From Bacilli bacterium (GTDB lineage Bacteria; Bacillota_I; Bacilli_A; RF39; UBA660), in NCBI GenBank assembly GCA_050948865.1, contig JBMNEQ010000003.1, positions 3,147 through 67,146 on the forward strand: DNA of 64,000 nt, in the 5' to 3' direction. The notes beneath the pieces were generated by a model. The model was not told the origin of the DNA and searched no databases. It was given only the letters and a program-made list of their open reading frames with translations. Shown here in pieces: positions 53,506-64,000 of the stretch. Both the position numbers and the translations under genes were made by a program. Within the stretch, counting starts at the first letter, position 1. The number at the start of each line of letters is the position of its first letter.

Positions 53506-56106
53506 TTATAACCAATCTTTATATTTTTTTATATAAATCATTTTAATAAATTCAGTTAGTAACATATAAGTAAGAATAATTATTATTAACCAGAGGGTAT
53601 ATACTTTAGGTAATATTACTAATCCTATTAAAGATCCAAATTGGGTGCTAGGTAAGATAAATCCTATTAGGGATATGATAATAGTTGTAAAAATAATAAT
53701 TGGGGAAGCTAAACTTTTAAAGAAGGGGATTTTTTCTGTTCTTATAATGTGAACGATTAAAGTTTGAGAGATTATTCCCATCATAAACCATCCAGAATGA
53801 AATAAGGCCTGATTAGAAATGGTATTCGCTCCAATTATAAACCAAAGAATAGCAAAGATGATTAAATCAAAGACAGAACTTAAAGGGGCAAACCAAGCGA
53901 TAAATCGAGTGATATTAGTGGTGGCCCATTTTCTAGGCTTTTTTAAATAATTTTTATCAACTTTATCAAAAGGAATACCTGTTTGAGAAAAATCATATAA
54001 TAAGTTTTGAATTAAGATATGAATTGGTAATAAGGGTAAAAAAGGTAAAAGAAGACTAGCTAAAATAACACTAATCATATTTCCAACATTAGAACTAATA
54101 GCCATATTTAAATATTTCATAATATTAGCAAAAATCTTTCGTCCTTCGATAATTCCTTTTTCTAAAACTAATAAACTTTTTTCTAAAAGAATAATATTCG
54201 CAGTTTCTTTAGCTATTTCTACACCTGAATCAACTGAGATTCCTACATCTGCTTCTATTAAAGCAGGTGCATCATTAACTCCATCCCCCATATAACCGAC
54301 AATATGCCCTTTTTCTTTTAATAACTTTATGATATAGGCTTTTTGTAAAGGAGATATTTTAGAAAATAAAGTTGTTTCATTTATTATTTTTAATAATTCT
54401 TCTTTGGTCATAGTATCAAGATCATTTCCAGTTAAAGAGTTGGTTGTTTTTATTCCTACTTGAGAGCAGACATTTTTAGCTACAAGTTCATTATCTCCAG
54501 TTATTACTTTTACTTTTATTCCGTATTCATTTAATAATTTAATTGCTTCTTTTGCACTAGCTTTTGGAGGATCTAAGAAAGAGACAAAACCAATCATAAT
54601 CATTTCTTTTTCATCATCTTTAGTAAATAAAGAAGCATCAGTTAAAAAGACATCCTTTTTAGCTACAGCGATAACTCTTAATCCTTTTTCATTTAAACGA
54701 GTTGCAACAGCAGTTATTGTTTTTTTTAAATCATTATTTATTTTAATAATTTTTCCCTCATGTTCAATATAACTACTAATTGCTAAGATTTCTTCTGTTG
54801 CTCCTTTAGTTATTAAAGTCTTTTCTTTATTTTTCTTTTCTAAGATAATTGACATTCTTCTTCTATTAAAATCAAATGGAATTTCATCTATTTTATTATA
54901 ATTAGGTAATAATCCTTCTAATTTATTTTCTAAAGCTCTAGATATTATAGCTTTATCTAATAAGTTTTTTAGTCCTGTTTGAAAATGACTATTTAGATAA
55001 GCATATTTTAAAACTCCCATCTCCTCATTACCATAAATATCTAAATATTCATCTAAAATAATATTATCTTCAGTAATAGTTCCTGTTTTATCAGTACATA
55101 AAATATCGATTGCTCCTAAGTTTTGAATACTATTTAGGTTTTTAACAATTACTTTATTTTTGGACATAGAAATGGATCCTTTAGCTAGGTTAGAATTAAT
55201 AATCATTGGTAATAATTCTGGAGTTGTTCCAACAGCAACAGTAAGAGCAAAAATAAAGGCTGTTAAGGGATGTCCCTTAGTTAACATATTAATAATAAAA
55301 ACTAAAGGCGTCATAATTAGGGTAATTTTTATTAAAATACCACTAACTTTATTTATTCCAATATCAAAGGCTGTTTGTTCTTCTTTTTTAATTATTGTTT
55401 TAGACATATGACCTAAATAAGTATTAGATCCAGTTTCAATTACAATTGCTGTAGCAGAGCCACTAATAACATTGGTTCCTAAAAAACAAATATTAGAAGT
55501 ATCAAAAATATTATTATCTTTATTTATATTATTAGGTAATTTTTCTACTGGTTCAGATTCTCCTGTAAATGAAGATTGACTAACAAAGAGGTCTTTGCAA
55601 GATAAGATTCTTATATCAGCAGGAATAATATCACCAGCAGATAGTTTTATAATATCTCCTGGAACAAGATCATTTAAAGGAATTTCCTCTATTTTTCCTT
55701 CTCTTAAAACAGCAGTAGTATTAATAACTAATTGTTTTAATTCATTTAAAGATTTTCTAGAACGAAGTTCTTGAATAAAATGCATAAGACCACTAATAAC
55801 AATAATAAAAGTTAAAATTATAATAGTAGAATAATCGTTTGTTTTAGAAAAAATAACATCAGTTAGTATGGAAATTAAAATAATTCCTATTAATAAGATA
55901 CTAAAGGGATTTAAAAAGGCTTTTATAAATAAATCTTTAAGTGTAAAATGATCTTGATCTTCAATTTTATTTGGTCCAATTTTTAAAAGGATTTCATTGA
56001 CCTTTTTATAAGAAAGACCCTTAAGATTGGATTTAAAATGATGAAGAATTTCTTTTTCCTTCATTTTACTATAATTAATAATATTTTCATTGACCTTTTT
56101 ATTCAT
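53506..56106 (-). CDS. mgtA: Magnesium-translocating P-type ATPase
   Basis: 866 aa. CTDKTGTITEDN phosphorylation site, GDGVNDAPAL hinge, 10 TMs. Confidence 0.85.
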   Translation of the reverse strand: MNKKVNENIINYSKMKEKEILHHFKSNLKGLSYKKVNEILLKIGPNKIEDQDHFTLKDLFIKAFLNPFSILLIGIILISILTDVIFSKTNDYSTIIILTFIIVISGLMHFIQELRSRKSLNELKQLVINTTAVLREGKIEEIPLNDLVPGDIIKLSAGDIIPADIRILSCKDLFVSQSSFTGESEPVEKLPNNINKDNNIFDTSNICFLGTNVISGSATAIVIETGSNTYLGHMSKTIIKKEEQTAFDIGINKVSGILIKITLIMTPLVFIINMLTKGHPLTAFIFALTVAVGTTPELLPMIINSNLAKGSISMSKNKVIVKNLNSIQNLGAIDILCTDKTGTITEDNIILDEYLDIYGNEEMGVLKYAYLNSHFQTGLKNLLDKAIISRALENKLEGLLPNYNKIDEIPFDFNRRRMSIILEKKNKEKTLITKGATEEILAISSYIEHEGKIIKINNDLKKTITAVATRLNEKGLRVIAVAKKDVFLTDASLFTKDDEKEMIMIGFVSFLDPPKASAKEAIKLLNEYGIKVKVITGDNELVAKNVCSQVGIKTTNSLTGNDLDTMTKEELLKIINETTLFSKISPLQKAYIIKLLKEKGHIVGYMGDGVNDAPALIEADVGISVDSGVEIAKETANIILLEKSLLVLEKGIIEGRKIFANIMKYLNMAISSNVGNMISVILASLLLPFLPLLPIHILIQNLLYDFSQTGIPFDKVDKNYLKKPRKWATTNITRFIAWFAPLSSVFDLIIFAILWFIIGANTISNQALFHSGWFMMGIISQTLIVHIIRTEKIPFFKSLASPIIIFTTIIISLIGFILPSTQFGSLIGLVILPKVYTLWLIIIILTYMLLTEFIKMIYIKKYKDWL

Positions 56107-56637
56107 CTGAATCCCTCTTTCTATTATTATATTATACTAAAGAGGAAAGAAAGTAAAATTAACTTTTTGAAAAAAGATAATTTAGATATATGTTTAAATG
56201 ATATTAAAATGTTAGACAGTGAAGGATAGATAATATTAGTATATGAAAAATATAGATATTTTATTGATGCAAAAATTAAATATTAGATTTTTATAATTTA
56301 ATTTATGTGTGTTATAATTTTAAATGGGAGGCCAAAATGTTGAAAAATATTTTTATATTCTTTTTCATTATCATTCCTCTTTGTGATTAATTATAAATTA
56401 TGATTCCAATGATGATTGTAAAACGTATGAAGAATATTTAAAATTTACTAAAGAATGGTTAACTAATTGTTATAATTGGAGTAAGAATAGTGCTCGTTTG
56501 TTATTAAATATTCCTTTAGATAAAAATAAGTTTGGTCATCAAAGTGTTGGTGCTGATATAACTTTAATAGCAAAAAAGATTGGTATCTAGTCAGTCTTTT
56601 TTTATAAAGTAATAAAAATAGGAGTAGATGATTTATA

Positions 56638-59600
56638 ATGGTTAAAACTTTTAATTTATCAGAAGAAGAAGTAAAAATGTATTTTAATCAATTACAAAAA
56701 GGTGATGAAAAAGCAAAAGAAAAAATAATTGAACATTATTTTTATTTAATTGAAAATGAAGCGAGAAAGTTATCTTTTAATTCTTTTTTAAGAGATGATT
56801 TAATTGGAGAAGGGCACTTTGGATTATTAGAGGCGATCAAAGGATTTGATCTTACAAAAGAAGTTCCCTTTTCCTTTTTTGCTAGTCTTTGTATAAAAAG
56901 AAAAATGTTTGCTTATTTAAAAAAAACTGATAAACAAAAGTCAGAGATTAGTTTAGAAGCTCCTTTGAAATATTTAGATAATGAGACAATAAATCTTTTA
57001 AATTATTTAGAAGATAAAAAAGTTAATATCGAAAAAGAAATAGTTAATCAAGATATAAATGAGGAATTATATAAACGTTTAGATTATCTTAGTCCTTTAT
57101 ATAAACAGGTTATAACTTTGCTTTATGGTTTAAAAGGAAATAAGCGGCATACTTATCAAGAAACGGCTTTAAAGTGTGGTTTAACAAAAAAACAAATTGA
57201 TAATATGCGTATTGTTATTTTAAGAACTTTAAGAAAAAGTTTTGAAGATTATTCTATAAAAGAAATAGAGGCTACTAATAATCTTTATAAGTATTTTTCT
57301 AATCTTAATTTTAAACAATTTATCTTTTTATATAAAGAACAATTTAATAATTTAAACCAAATTGATCAAGATGAAATAAAACGCTTTTATAATGTTTATA
57401 ATCAAGATTTGTTGAAACTTTTTTCTTCATTAGAAAAAATAGAAAAACAAATTAATAAAGAAGCTTTTCCTTTTTTAACAGCTCCTTCAAAATTAGGAAA
57501 AGATAAATTAATTCCCATTTATGAAACTAATAAGGATAGTTTTACTGAATATCATCAAAATATTATTGAATATTATTTATATAAAAATAAAGATATAGAA
57601 GTTATTTCTAAAGAATTTAATAAATCAAACAGGATTATTAAAAGCACTTGGAATAGTTTAAAAACAAGTTTAGAATTAAAATATTTTAATATTGATAAAA
57701 AGAATTTAGATCAAGAAACTGTAACTTCTATATTAAATAATCCTAATTATATCATTAGTGATTGGCATCAAAAAATTGTTGCTTTATATTATGGAATTGG
57801 TTATAAAAGAAGATATCAAATTAAAGAGATTGCTTCTAAATTAAAAGAACCTTATTTAAAAACTCATGATTCTTTAATGTATATGGAAGAAAAGATGAGA
57901 GAATTATTATATGGAGTTTCCTATTCTGGAGAAAAAAAAGATAATAGTAATTTAATTTCTTATATTACTAATAATAATTATAGTTTTTCTAAGCAGACTA
58001 GAGAAATATTAAAACTATATTTAATAGAAGGATTAAGTTATGAAGAAATTTCTAAAATATATCAAATAACAAAACCCCAAGTTTCTAATATTGTTACTGA
58101 TGGTATTAGAAAGGCAAACTTTTATCGTTTTGGAATTGTAAAAAAGTTAATTGTTTTAGAAAATGATTTAGAAGATTTTTTTCAAGTTTCCAATTTTTCA
58201 TATAAAGAAAAGGAAATTATTAAAGAAAGATATCTTTCTTTAAAAGAAATTAAAGAACTTCTTAAAGAGAATAAAATTTCTCGTTTTGCGATGGAAAAGT
58301 TATTTTTTCAATTTGAAAAGAATTTTATTAAACATAAATATAAAATCAATTTAAAAAAAGAAGATTATCAAAAAGAAATTGCTTATCATCAAACAGATAC
58401 TGTTTTAACAAAAGAGGAATTAAAATTAATTAGTTTATTTTGGGGAATTGCTTCTAAATATAATAGTACTGGTCGAATATTTTCTTTAAAGGAAATAAGA
58501 GAAACATTAAATCTTTCTTCTAGAGTTTGCAATAATTCTTTTAACAGGGCGGAATTAAAGTTATTAAAGAAGAAAGCCGGATTATTAGATTCTTTATATG
58601 GAATAATGAATAAAGAAGCATTGGAGGAAGTTTTTAAGGATAAAAGGGTTCCTTTAAATAATAAAGAAATAGAGATTTTAAAACATTTAAAAGAAATAGA
58701 TAATTATTCATTTTTATCTTCTAAAGATTTAGCTAAAAAATATCAAATGAGTGAAAGTAGTATTTTAAGAGTTTATCAAAGGGCGATATTAAAGATTAAG
58801 CAATATGAATTAGGAGAAATTGAAGGTAAATATAATTATGAGGAAGATATTTTACCTAATAAGCGTTTTTTCCCTAAAGATTACCGACTGGTATTAGAAG
58901 CTAAATATAAAAATGATTTATCCGCTTTTAAAATTTCTCAGTTAACAGGTGAATCAATTGATCAAGTACGTTATAAATTAAAAAGAATTAAGTTTCATTT
59001 AGCAGGTATCTTAAAGAAAGATGAAAATATAACTAAATTTGATTATGATTTAATGGAGAAATTAGTTTTAAAAAAGGATTTAGTTTTATATGGTAAAAGA
59101 AGATTAAAATTAAAAGCTTTTAAGATGTTTTATGGTTTAAATGGTTATCAAAGACATTCTTTAGTTGAAATTGTTCAAAATTTAAACTTAAAGATAGAAC
59201 CTAAAACTTTAAGTTCTCATATTAAAGAAGTAGAACTAGCAATAGAAAAATATAAAATAGGAATTAGAAATCCAAAATGGTTTACTTATTCTCAATTATT
59301 AGATTATTATCATCATAATCAAGATTATTTAAATTTTGGGGAGAAAGAAAAGATTTTAACCTTTTTAGAAAAACAAAAAAGATATTTAGATGATAAAGAT
59401 ATTAATGCTCGATATACTAATAAAACTTTACCTTTTAATCTTAAATATAATTTAGCTTGTTTTTTATATGGAAAAACAATTGATTTTAATACTATGAGTC
59501 TTTTAGAATTAGAAAAAGCTTTTCAGAATAAAAAAATAAGTTATTCTAATAAACTTTTATTAGAAAATTATTTGGGTAATTCATATAAAGATATAATTAA

Positions 59601-59718
59601 TAATAATACTAAAAGAAAACTATTGAAAATAATGTCTAAAATATATGAAGAAAAAAATAAAGATCAAATTAAAGAAAACCAGACTAAAGTTAAAAGTTTT
59701 AGAAAAAAAGAAAATTAA
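56638..59718 (+). CDS. Giant sigma-factor-like protein: one sigma-70 region-2-like module followed by about 7 tandem sigma-70 region-4-like HTH repeats
   Basis: N-terminus DLIGEGHFGLLEAIKGFD...FSFFASLCIKRKMFAYL resembles the sigma2 domain. Repeats include LYKQVITLLYGLKGNKRHTYQETALKCGLTKKQIDNMRIVILRTLRK, IVALYYGIGYKRRYQIKEIASKL, ILKLYLIEGLSYEEISKIYQITKPQVSNIV, LISLFWGIASKYNSTGRIFSLKEIRETLNLSSRV and KAFKMFYGLNGYQRHSLVEIVQNLNL. Confidence 0.6.
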   Translation: MVKTFNLSEEEVKMYFNQLQKGDEKAKEKIIEHYFYLIENEARKLSFNSFLRDDLIGEGHFGLLEAIKGFDLTKEVPFSFFASLCIKRKMFAYLKKTDKQKSEISLEAPLKYLDNETINLLNYLEDKKVNIEKEIVNQDINEELYKRLDYLSPLYKQVITLLYGLKGNKRHTYQETALKCGLTKKQIDNMRIVILRTLRKSFEDYSIKEIEATNNLYKYFSNLNFKQFIFLYKEQFNNLNQIDQDEIKRFYNVYNQDLLKLFSSLEKIEKQINKEAFPFLTAPSKLGKDKLIPIYETNKDSFTEYHQNIIEYYLYKNKDIEVISKEFNKSNRIIKSTWNSLKTSLELKYFNIDKKNLDQETVTSILNNPNYIISDWHQKIVALYYGIGYKRRYQIKEIASKLKEPYLKTHDSLMYMEEKMRELLYGVSYSGEKKDNSNLISYITNNNYSFSKQTREILKLYLIEGLSYEEISKIYQITKPQVSNIVTDGIRKANFYRFGIVKKLIVLENDLEDFFQVSNFSYKEKEIIKERYLSLKEIKELLKENKISRFAMEKLFFQFEKNFIKHKYKINLKKEDYQKEIAYHQTDTVLTKEELKLISLFWGIASKYNSTGRIFSLKEIRETLNLSSRVCNNSFNRAELKLLKKKAGLLDSLYGIMNKEALEEVFKDKRVPLNNKEIEILKHLKEIDNYSFLSSKDLAKKYQMSESSILRVYQRAILKIKQYELGEIEGKYNYEEDILPNKRFFPKDYRLVLEAKYKNDLSAFKISQLTGESIDQVRYKLKRIKFHLAGILKKDENITKFDYDLMEKLVLKKDLVLYGKRRLKLKAFKMFYGLNGYQRHSLVEIVQNLNLKIEPKTLSSHIKEVELAIEKYKIGIRNPKWFTYSQLLDYYHHNQDYLNFGEKEKILTFLEKQKRYLDDKDINARYTNKTLPFNLKYNLACFLYGKTIDFNTMSLLELEKAFQNKKISYSNKLLLENYLGNSYKDIINNNTKRKLLKIMSKIYEEKNKDQIKENQTKVKSFRKKEN

Positions 59719-59802
59719 CACTTGAAATTATTAATTAAAATTATTATAATGTATTTAGCACTTCACCAAAGAAAGTGCTACAAAATATAAAAAAGGAGAG
59801 AT

Positions 59803-61668
59803 ATGATGGCTAAAAAACAATTTAAAGCAGAATCTAAAAGATTATTAGAAATTATGATTAATTCTATTTATACACAAAAGGAGATCTTTTTAAGAGAGCT
59901 TATTTCTAATGCTAGTGATGCTCTTGATAAACGTCATTATTTTTTATTAACTGATAAATCTAAAAAGATTAGTAAAAAAGATTTGAATATTAGAATTAAT
60001 CTTAATAAAGAAAAAAGGACTTTAACTATTTCTGATACTGGTATTGGAATGAATAAAGAAGAATTAGAATTAAATTTGGGAATGATTGCTCAAAGTGGTT
60101 CTTTGGCTTTTAAATTAGAAAATAAAATTAAGGATCCAAATGATATTATTGGTCAATTTGGGGTAGGGTTTTATTCAGCTTTTATGGTTAGTAAAGAAGT
60201 AAATGTTATTAGTAAAAAAGAAGGAGAAGAAAAAGCGTTTAAATGGAGTTCTAAAGGAGTTGATGGTTACACCATTACAGAAGTTAAAAAAGATAGTATT
60301 GGAACAGATATCATTTTAACGATTAAAGATAATGAGAAGGAAGATAATTATGATGAATTTCTTGAAGAGCATTATATAATGATGTTAGTAAAGAAGTATT
60401 CTAATTTTATAAAATATCCTATTATTATGAAAGTAACAAAGTCACGTCCTAAAAAGGCTAAAAAAGATGAGTATGAAGAATATGAAGAGGACGAAACTTT
60501 AAATAGTATGATTCCTATTTGGCGTAAAAAGAAAAAAGATCTTAAAGAAGAAGATTATAATAATTTTTATGCTGAACAAAGATTTGGTTATGATCAACCT
60601 CTAAAGATTATTCATACTAGTATTGAAGGAACTATTAATTATGATGCTCTTTTATTTATTCCAACAGAACTTCCTTTTAATTATTTTACAAAGGAATTTC
60701 AAAAGGGAATAGCTTTATATTCAAGTAATGTTTTAATTACAGAAAAATGTGAAGAATTATTACCTGATTATTTTGGTTTTGTTAAAGGTTTAGTTGATTC
60801 ACCAGATGTTTCATTAAATATTTCAAGGGAAATGCTTCAACATAATCGGCAATTACAATTTATTGCTAAAAAAATTAAAGAAAGAATTCAAAAAGAATTA
60901 CATACAATGTTAAAAGAAGAAAGAGATAAATATGAAACCTTTTTCAAAAACTTTGGTCGGGTTATTAAATATGGTATTTATACAGATTGGGGAGTTAATA
61001 AAGACTTTCTAAAAGATTTATTAATGTTTTATTCTTCTTATGAAAAGAAATTAGTAACACTTGATGAATACATTAGTCGGATGAAAAAGGATCAAAAATA
61101 TATTTATTATGCGACAGGAGAAAATATGGGGTTAATTGAAAAATTACCTCAAACAGAAGCAATTAGAGAAAAGGAATATGAAATATTATATTTAATTGAA
61201 GAGATAGATGAGTTTGCCATTAAAATATTAGAAAAATATCAAGATAAAGAATTTAAATCAATAGCAAGTGGGGAAGTCTTAGAAAAAGAGGAGAAAAAGG
61301 AAGATAAAAAACATCAAAAGATCTTTGATTTTATGAAAGAAGTATTAAAAGATAAAGTTATTGATGTTCGTTCTTCGACACGTTTAAGAAAGCATCCTGT
61401 TTGTTTAACTAGTGAAGGAGAATTGTCTTTGGAAATGGAAAAGATATTAAAGATGATGCCTAATTCAGAAAATGTTAAATCAGATAAAATTTTAGAAATT
61501 AATACTGATCATGAATTATTTAAAACAATAGAGAATGTTTTTCCTAAAGATCAAGAAAAGGTAAAAAAGATAACTAATATTTTATATAATCAATCCTTAT
61601 TAATAGAAGGATTAACAATAGAAGATCCAATTCAATTTGCTGATGATGTTTATTCTATAATAAAATAA
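59803..61668 (+). CDS. htpG: Molecular chaperone HtpG (Hsp90)
   Basis: N-terminal GHKL ATPase motifs [25 protein letters not shown]. 621 aa. Confidence 0.9.
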   Translation: MMAKKQFKAESKRLLEIMINSIYTQKEIFLRELISNASDALDKRHYFLLTDKSKKISKKDLNIRINLNKEKRTLTISDTGIGMNKEELELNLGMIAQSGSLAFKLENKIKDPNDIIGQFGVGFYSAFMVSKEVNVISKKEGEEKAFKWSSKGVDGYTITEVKKDSIGTDIILTIKDNEKEDNYDEFLEEHYIMMLVKKYSNFIKYPIIMKVTKSRPKKAKKDEYEEYEEDETLNSMIPIWRKKKKDLKEEDYNNFYAEQRFGYDQPLKIIHTSIEGTINYDALLFIPTELPFNYFTKEFQKGIALYSSNVLITEKCEELLPDYFGFVKGLVDSPDVSLNISREMLQHNRQLQFIAKKIKERIQKELHTMLKEERDKYETFFKNFGRVIKYGIYTDWGVNKDFLKDLLMFYSSYEKKLVTLDEYISRMKKDQKYIYYATGENMGLIEKLPQTEAIREKEYEILYLIEEIDEFAIKILEKYQDKEFKSIASGEVLEKEEKKEDKKHQKIFDFMKEVLKDKVIDVRSSTRLRKHPVCLTSEGELSLEMEKILKMMPNSENVKSDKILEINTDHELFKTIENVFPKDQEKVKKITNILYNQSLLIEGLTIEDPIQFADDVYSIIK

Positions 61669-61681
61669 AAAAGGAGAAGAT

Positions 61682-62305
61682 ATGCTAATTAAAAGGATTG
61701 TCGTGGGAGCTTTAGAAACTAATTGTTATTTATTAAGCTGTAAACAAAGTCAGGAAACGGTTATTATTGATCCGGGGGCAGAAAGTAAAAGGATTGTTAA
61801 AGAAATCACTGATTTAAAATTAAAACCAAAGATGATTATTTTAACTCATGGTCATGGGGATCATATAACAGCAGTTAATGATTTAAAAGAATATTATCAG
61901 ATCCCTCTTTATGTTCATAAAGAGGAAGAAAAGATTTTGTTAAACAGTGAAAATAGTTTTGTTCATTTACTTACTGGTAAAGATATTAATTTTACTATTG
62001 ATAAATATTTAGAAGATGGGGAGATAATTAAATTAGGTTCTTTAATAATAAAAATTATTCATACTCCTGGTCATACTTCTGGTGGAATTTCTTTAAATTG
62101 TAATAATGTTATATTTACAGGAGATACCTTATTTAAAGGTTCTATTGGAAGAACAGATTTACCAGGAGGATCTCTTCAAGAAATTTTAAATTCTATAAAA
62201 ACTAAACTTTTAACTTATCCTGATGAAACAATTATTTATCCAGGTCATGGCTCTTCATCAACTATTGGAAAAGAGAAAGAAAGTAATCTCTTTTTAGGAA
62301 TATAA
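61682..62305 (+). CDS. MBL-fold metallo-hydrolase (glyoxalase II-like)
   Basis: THGHGDH motif. 207 aa. Confidence 0.8.
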   Translation: MLIKRIVVGALETNCYLLSCKQSQETVIIDPGAESKRIVKEITDLKLKPKMIILTHGHGDHITAVNDLKEYYQIPLYVHKEEEKILLNSENSFVHLLTGKDINFTIDKYLEDGEIIKLGSLIIKIIHTPGHTSGGISLNCNNVIFTGDTLFKGSIGRTDLPGGSLQEILNSIKTKLLTYPDETIIYPGHGSSSTIGKEKESNLFLGI

Positions 62306-62343
62306 TTTTTTTAGAAGCACATCCTAGTATTAGGAGGTGCTAT

Positions 62344-62571
62344 GTGGACCAAGAAAATGAAAAAACTTCTAGAAAAAAAAGATCATTAAATAATGAAGAT
62401 GATCCTAATACTTTATTTTCTAGAGAAACACTTATTGAAAAAAATGCTCATAATATGGAAATAGCTGAATCGATGTTTGATAATGATTCTTTAACAGAAG
62501 AAGAAACTTATCAAACTAACAATAGAAAAGCAATAATAAAAGAGAATGATTTATCAAGTGAGGATGAATAA
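62344..62571 (+). CDS. Small acidic hypothetical protein
   Basis: 75-aa ORF only. No domain recognised. Confidence 0.3.
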   Translation: MDQENEKTSRKKRSLNNEDDPNTLFSRETLIEKNAHNMEIAESMFDNDSLTEEETYQTNNRKAIIKENDLSSEDE

Positions 62572-62679
62572 TTCTTTTTTTTATTGTAAAAAAGATGACA
62601 ATAAAAGGATTATTTAATCTTTTTTTTATTAATATTTAAAAAATAAGTTATAATTAGAATACTTGGAGGTAAAAGAAGA

Positions 62680-63735
62680 ATGAATAAAAAAATAAATACT
62701 TTAATTACAAGAATATTTTTATTTATTTTCTTTTTTGGTTCTTTAGCTTATCTTGGTTATCAAATTTTAGCTAAAGAAGATAAAGAAGTAAAAATTTTGG
62801 AAAATAAACCGAAAATGGAAGTGAAAAAAGAGATCCCCAAATTAAAGATTATGGATCTTGATTCTAATTCTAGACCAATAGCAGTAATGATTAATAATAT
62901 TTCGGCTTCTTGGAATAATCAAAGGGGTTTAAGTAAAGCGTATATGGTATATGAAATAGTAGTTGAAAGTGGGATAACTAGGTTTTTAGCCTTATTTAAA
63001 GATCAAGATATAGAAGAAATAGGTTCTATTAGAAGTGCTCGTCATTATTTTATTGATTATGCTTTAGAACATGATGCTTTTTATGTTCATTTTGGTTATA
63101 GTCCTCAGGCCTTAAGAGATCTTCGTTCTTTACAAATCAATAATTTAGATTGTGGTTCAGATGGTAGAACTTATTGGAGAAATAAAGGTTTTGTAAGTCC
63201 TCATAATGCTCTTACTAGCACAGAAAGGTTAACAGATTATTTTCAAAGAAGAAATTATCGTTTAACTACCGAGAAACCATTAGTCCTTGATTATTCTTCT
63301 ACTCCTTTTTATTTATCTAAAGAAAGAAATAGTCAAAAAGCTTATTATATTAAAATTAGATATTCTTCTGGTCATTATATAGAATATCAATATGATTATG
63401 AGAAACAAGTTTATTTAAGAAGTATGGGGGGTAAACCTCATCTTGATATTGGAGTTAATAAACAATTAGAAGTAAAAAATATTATTGTTTATCAAGTTAA
63501 AAACAGTTTAATACCGGGGGGAGGTTCAGGTCGCCAGGATTTACATAATATAGGCTCTGGAGAAGGTTATTATATATCTAATGGATATTCAATACCTATT
63601 ACTTGGGAAAAGAGCAGTAGAGAGGCTCAAACTATTTACCGGGATTTAGATGGTAATAAAATTACTTTAAATGATGGACTTACTTTTATTCAAATTCAAC
63701 CACTAAATCAATCAATTGATATAAAAGAAGAATAA
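62680..63735 (+). CDS. DUF3048-domain membrane-anchored protein (YerB-like)
   Basis: N-terminal TM. RPIAVMINNISASWNNQRGLSKAYMVYEIVVESGITRFLALF resembles the DUF3048 N-domain motif. Confidence 0.6.
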   Translation: MNKKINTLITRIFLFIFFFGSLAYLGYQILAKEDKEVKILENKPKMEVKKEIPKLKIMDLDSNSRPIAVMINNISASWNNQRGLSKAYMVYEIVVESGITRFLALFKDQDIEEIGSIRSARHYFIDYALEHDAFYVHFGYSPQALRDLRSLQINNLDCGSDGRTYWRNKGFVSPHNALTSTERLTDYFQRRNYRLTTEKPLVLDYSSTPFYLSKERNSQKAYYIKIRYSSGHYIEYQYDYEKQVYLRSMGGKPHLDIGVNKQLEVKNIIVYQVKNSLIPGGGSGRQDLHNIGSGEGYYISNGYSIPITWEKSSREAQTIYRDLDGNKITLNDGLTFIQIQPLNQSIDIKEE

Positions 63736-63736
63736 C

Positions 63737-64000
63737 TTATTTCTTCTTTTCTTTTTGTAATAAAGTGTTTCTAGCTAAATCCATTTCTTTTTTTAACAAA
63801 AGATAATCTTCTTCATTATAATAGTCTAAACCTAAAGAATCACATAACCTTAAATTATTATTTAAAATAATTTGGTGGTTATGTTTTTGATCTTGGTTAC
63901 CTTTAGATTTAACTTTATCTTCATACATTCTTTTTTCAGCCAGATTAATAATATTTTGAAAATAATCTTTTAAATCTTTATCAGAAAGACTGGGTGGTAA
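63737..64000 (-). CDS. Small Spo0E-like(?) regulatory protein, 5' end possibly outside the window
   Basis: The frame is open upstream of the annotated Met to the window edge. Weak Spo0E-family pattern (...NIINLAEKRMYE...LCDSLGLDYYNEE). Confidence 0.3.
   Translation of the reverse strand, partial: LPPSLSDKDLKDYFQNIINLAEKRMYEDKVKSKGNQDQKHNHQIILNNNLRLCDSLGLDYYNEEDYLLLKKEMDLARNTLLQKEKKK

Overview
Very AT-rich (roughly 27% GC) chromosomal segment of a low-GC, apparently spore-forming Firmicute. I cannot assign a genus from the sequence alone. Sporulation markers are present: dacB-spmA-spmB, yunB, a CtpB-like protease, CotF-like and CotS/YutH-like coat proteins, a SigF/SigG-type sigma factor, FtsK/SpoIIIE and a Spo0E-like fragment.

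The window contains:
- a tandem tRNA-Asn pair followed by gatCAB and an archaeal-type AspRS (the indirect Asn-tRNA route), preceded by a consensus promoter and a T-box-like leader;
- one complete rRNA operon (16S-23S-5S) and an 8-tRNA operon (Val-Thr-Tyr-Gln-Lys-Leu-Ser-fMet);
- housekeeping operons: infC-rpmI-rplT, dnaG-sigA-trmK, htpG, mgtA, mltG, yebC, ogt, and an MmpL/RND transporter;
- an rnf (ferredoxin:NAD+ oxidoreductase) operon with odd architecture: an rnfD-rnfG in-frame fusion, two coupled mini-ORFs, and a 92-aa RnfB;
- an IS graveyard of IS256-like and IS4-like fragments bounded by a 74-bp direct repeat.

The most unusual findings are:
1. A type-IV-filament-like operon (N-terminally extended PilC-like platform protein, prepilin peptidase, pilin, polytopic membrane protein) that ends in a HerA/FtsK-superfamily (DUF87) ATPase rather than a PilB/GspE ATPase.
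2. Two large modular pilins that share a roughly 150-aa N-terminal pilin module but carry different C-terminal domains, one FGE-sulfatase/SUMF1-like and one FISUMP (Fibrobacter succinogenes major paralogous domain, lectin-like). The first has a foreign-composition 3' patch that abuts the IS repeat.
3. A 1026-aa protein built from one sigma-70 region-2 module followed by about seven tandem sigma-70 region-4-like HTH repeats.

No CRISPR arrays were seen.
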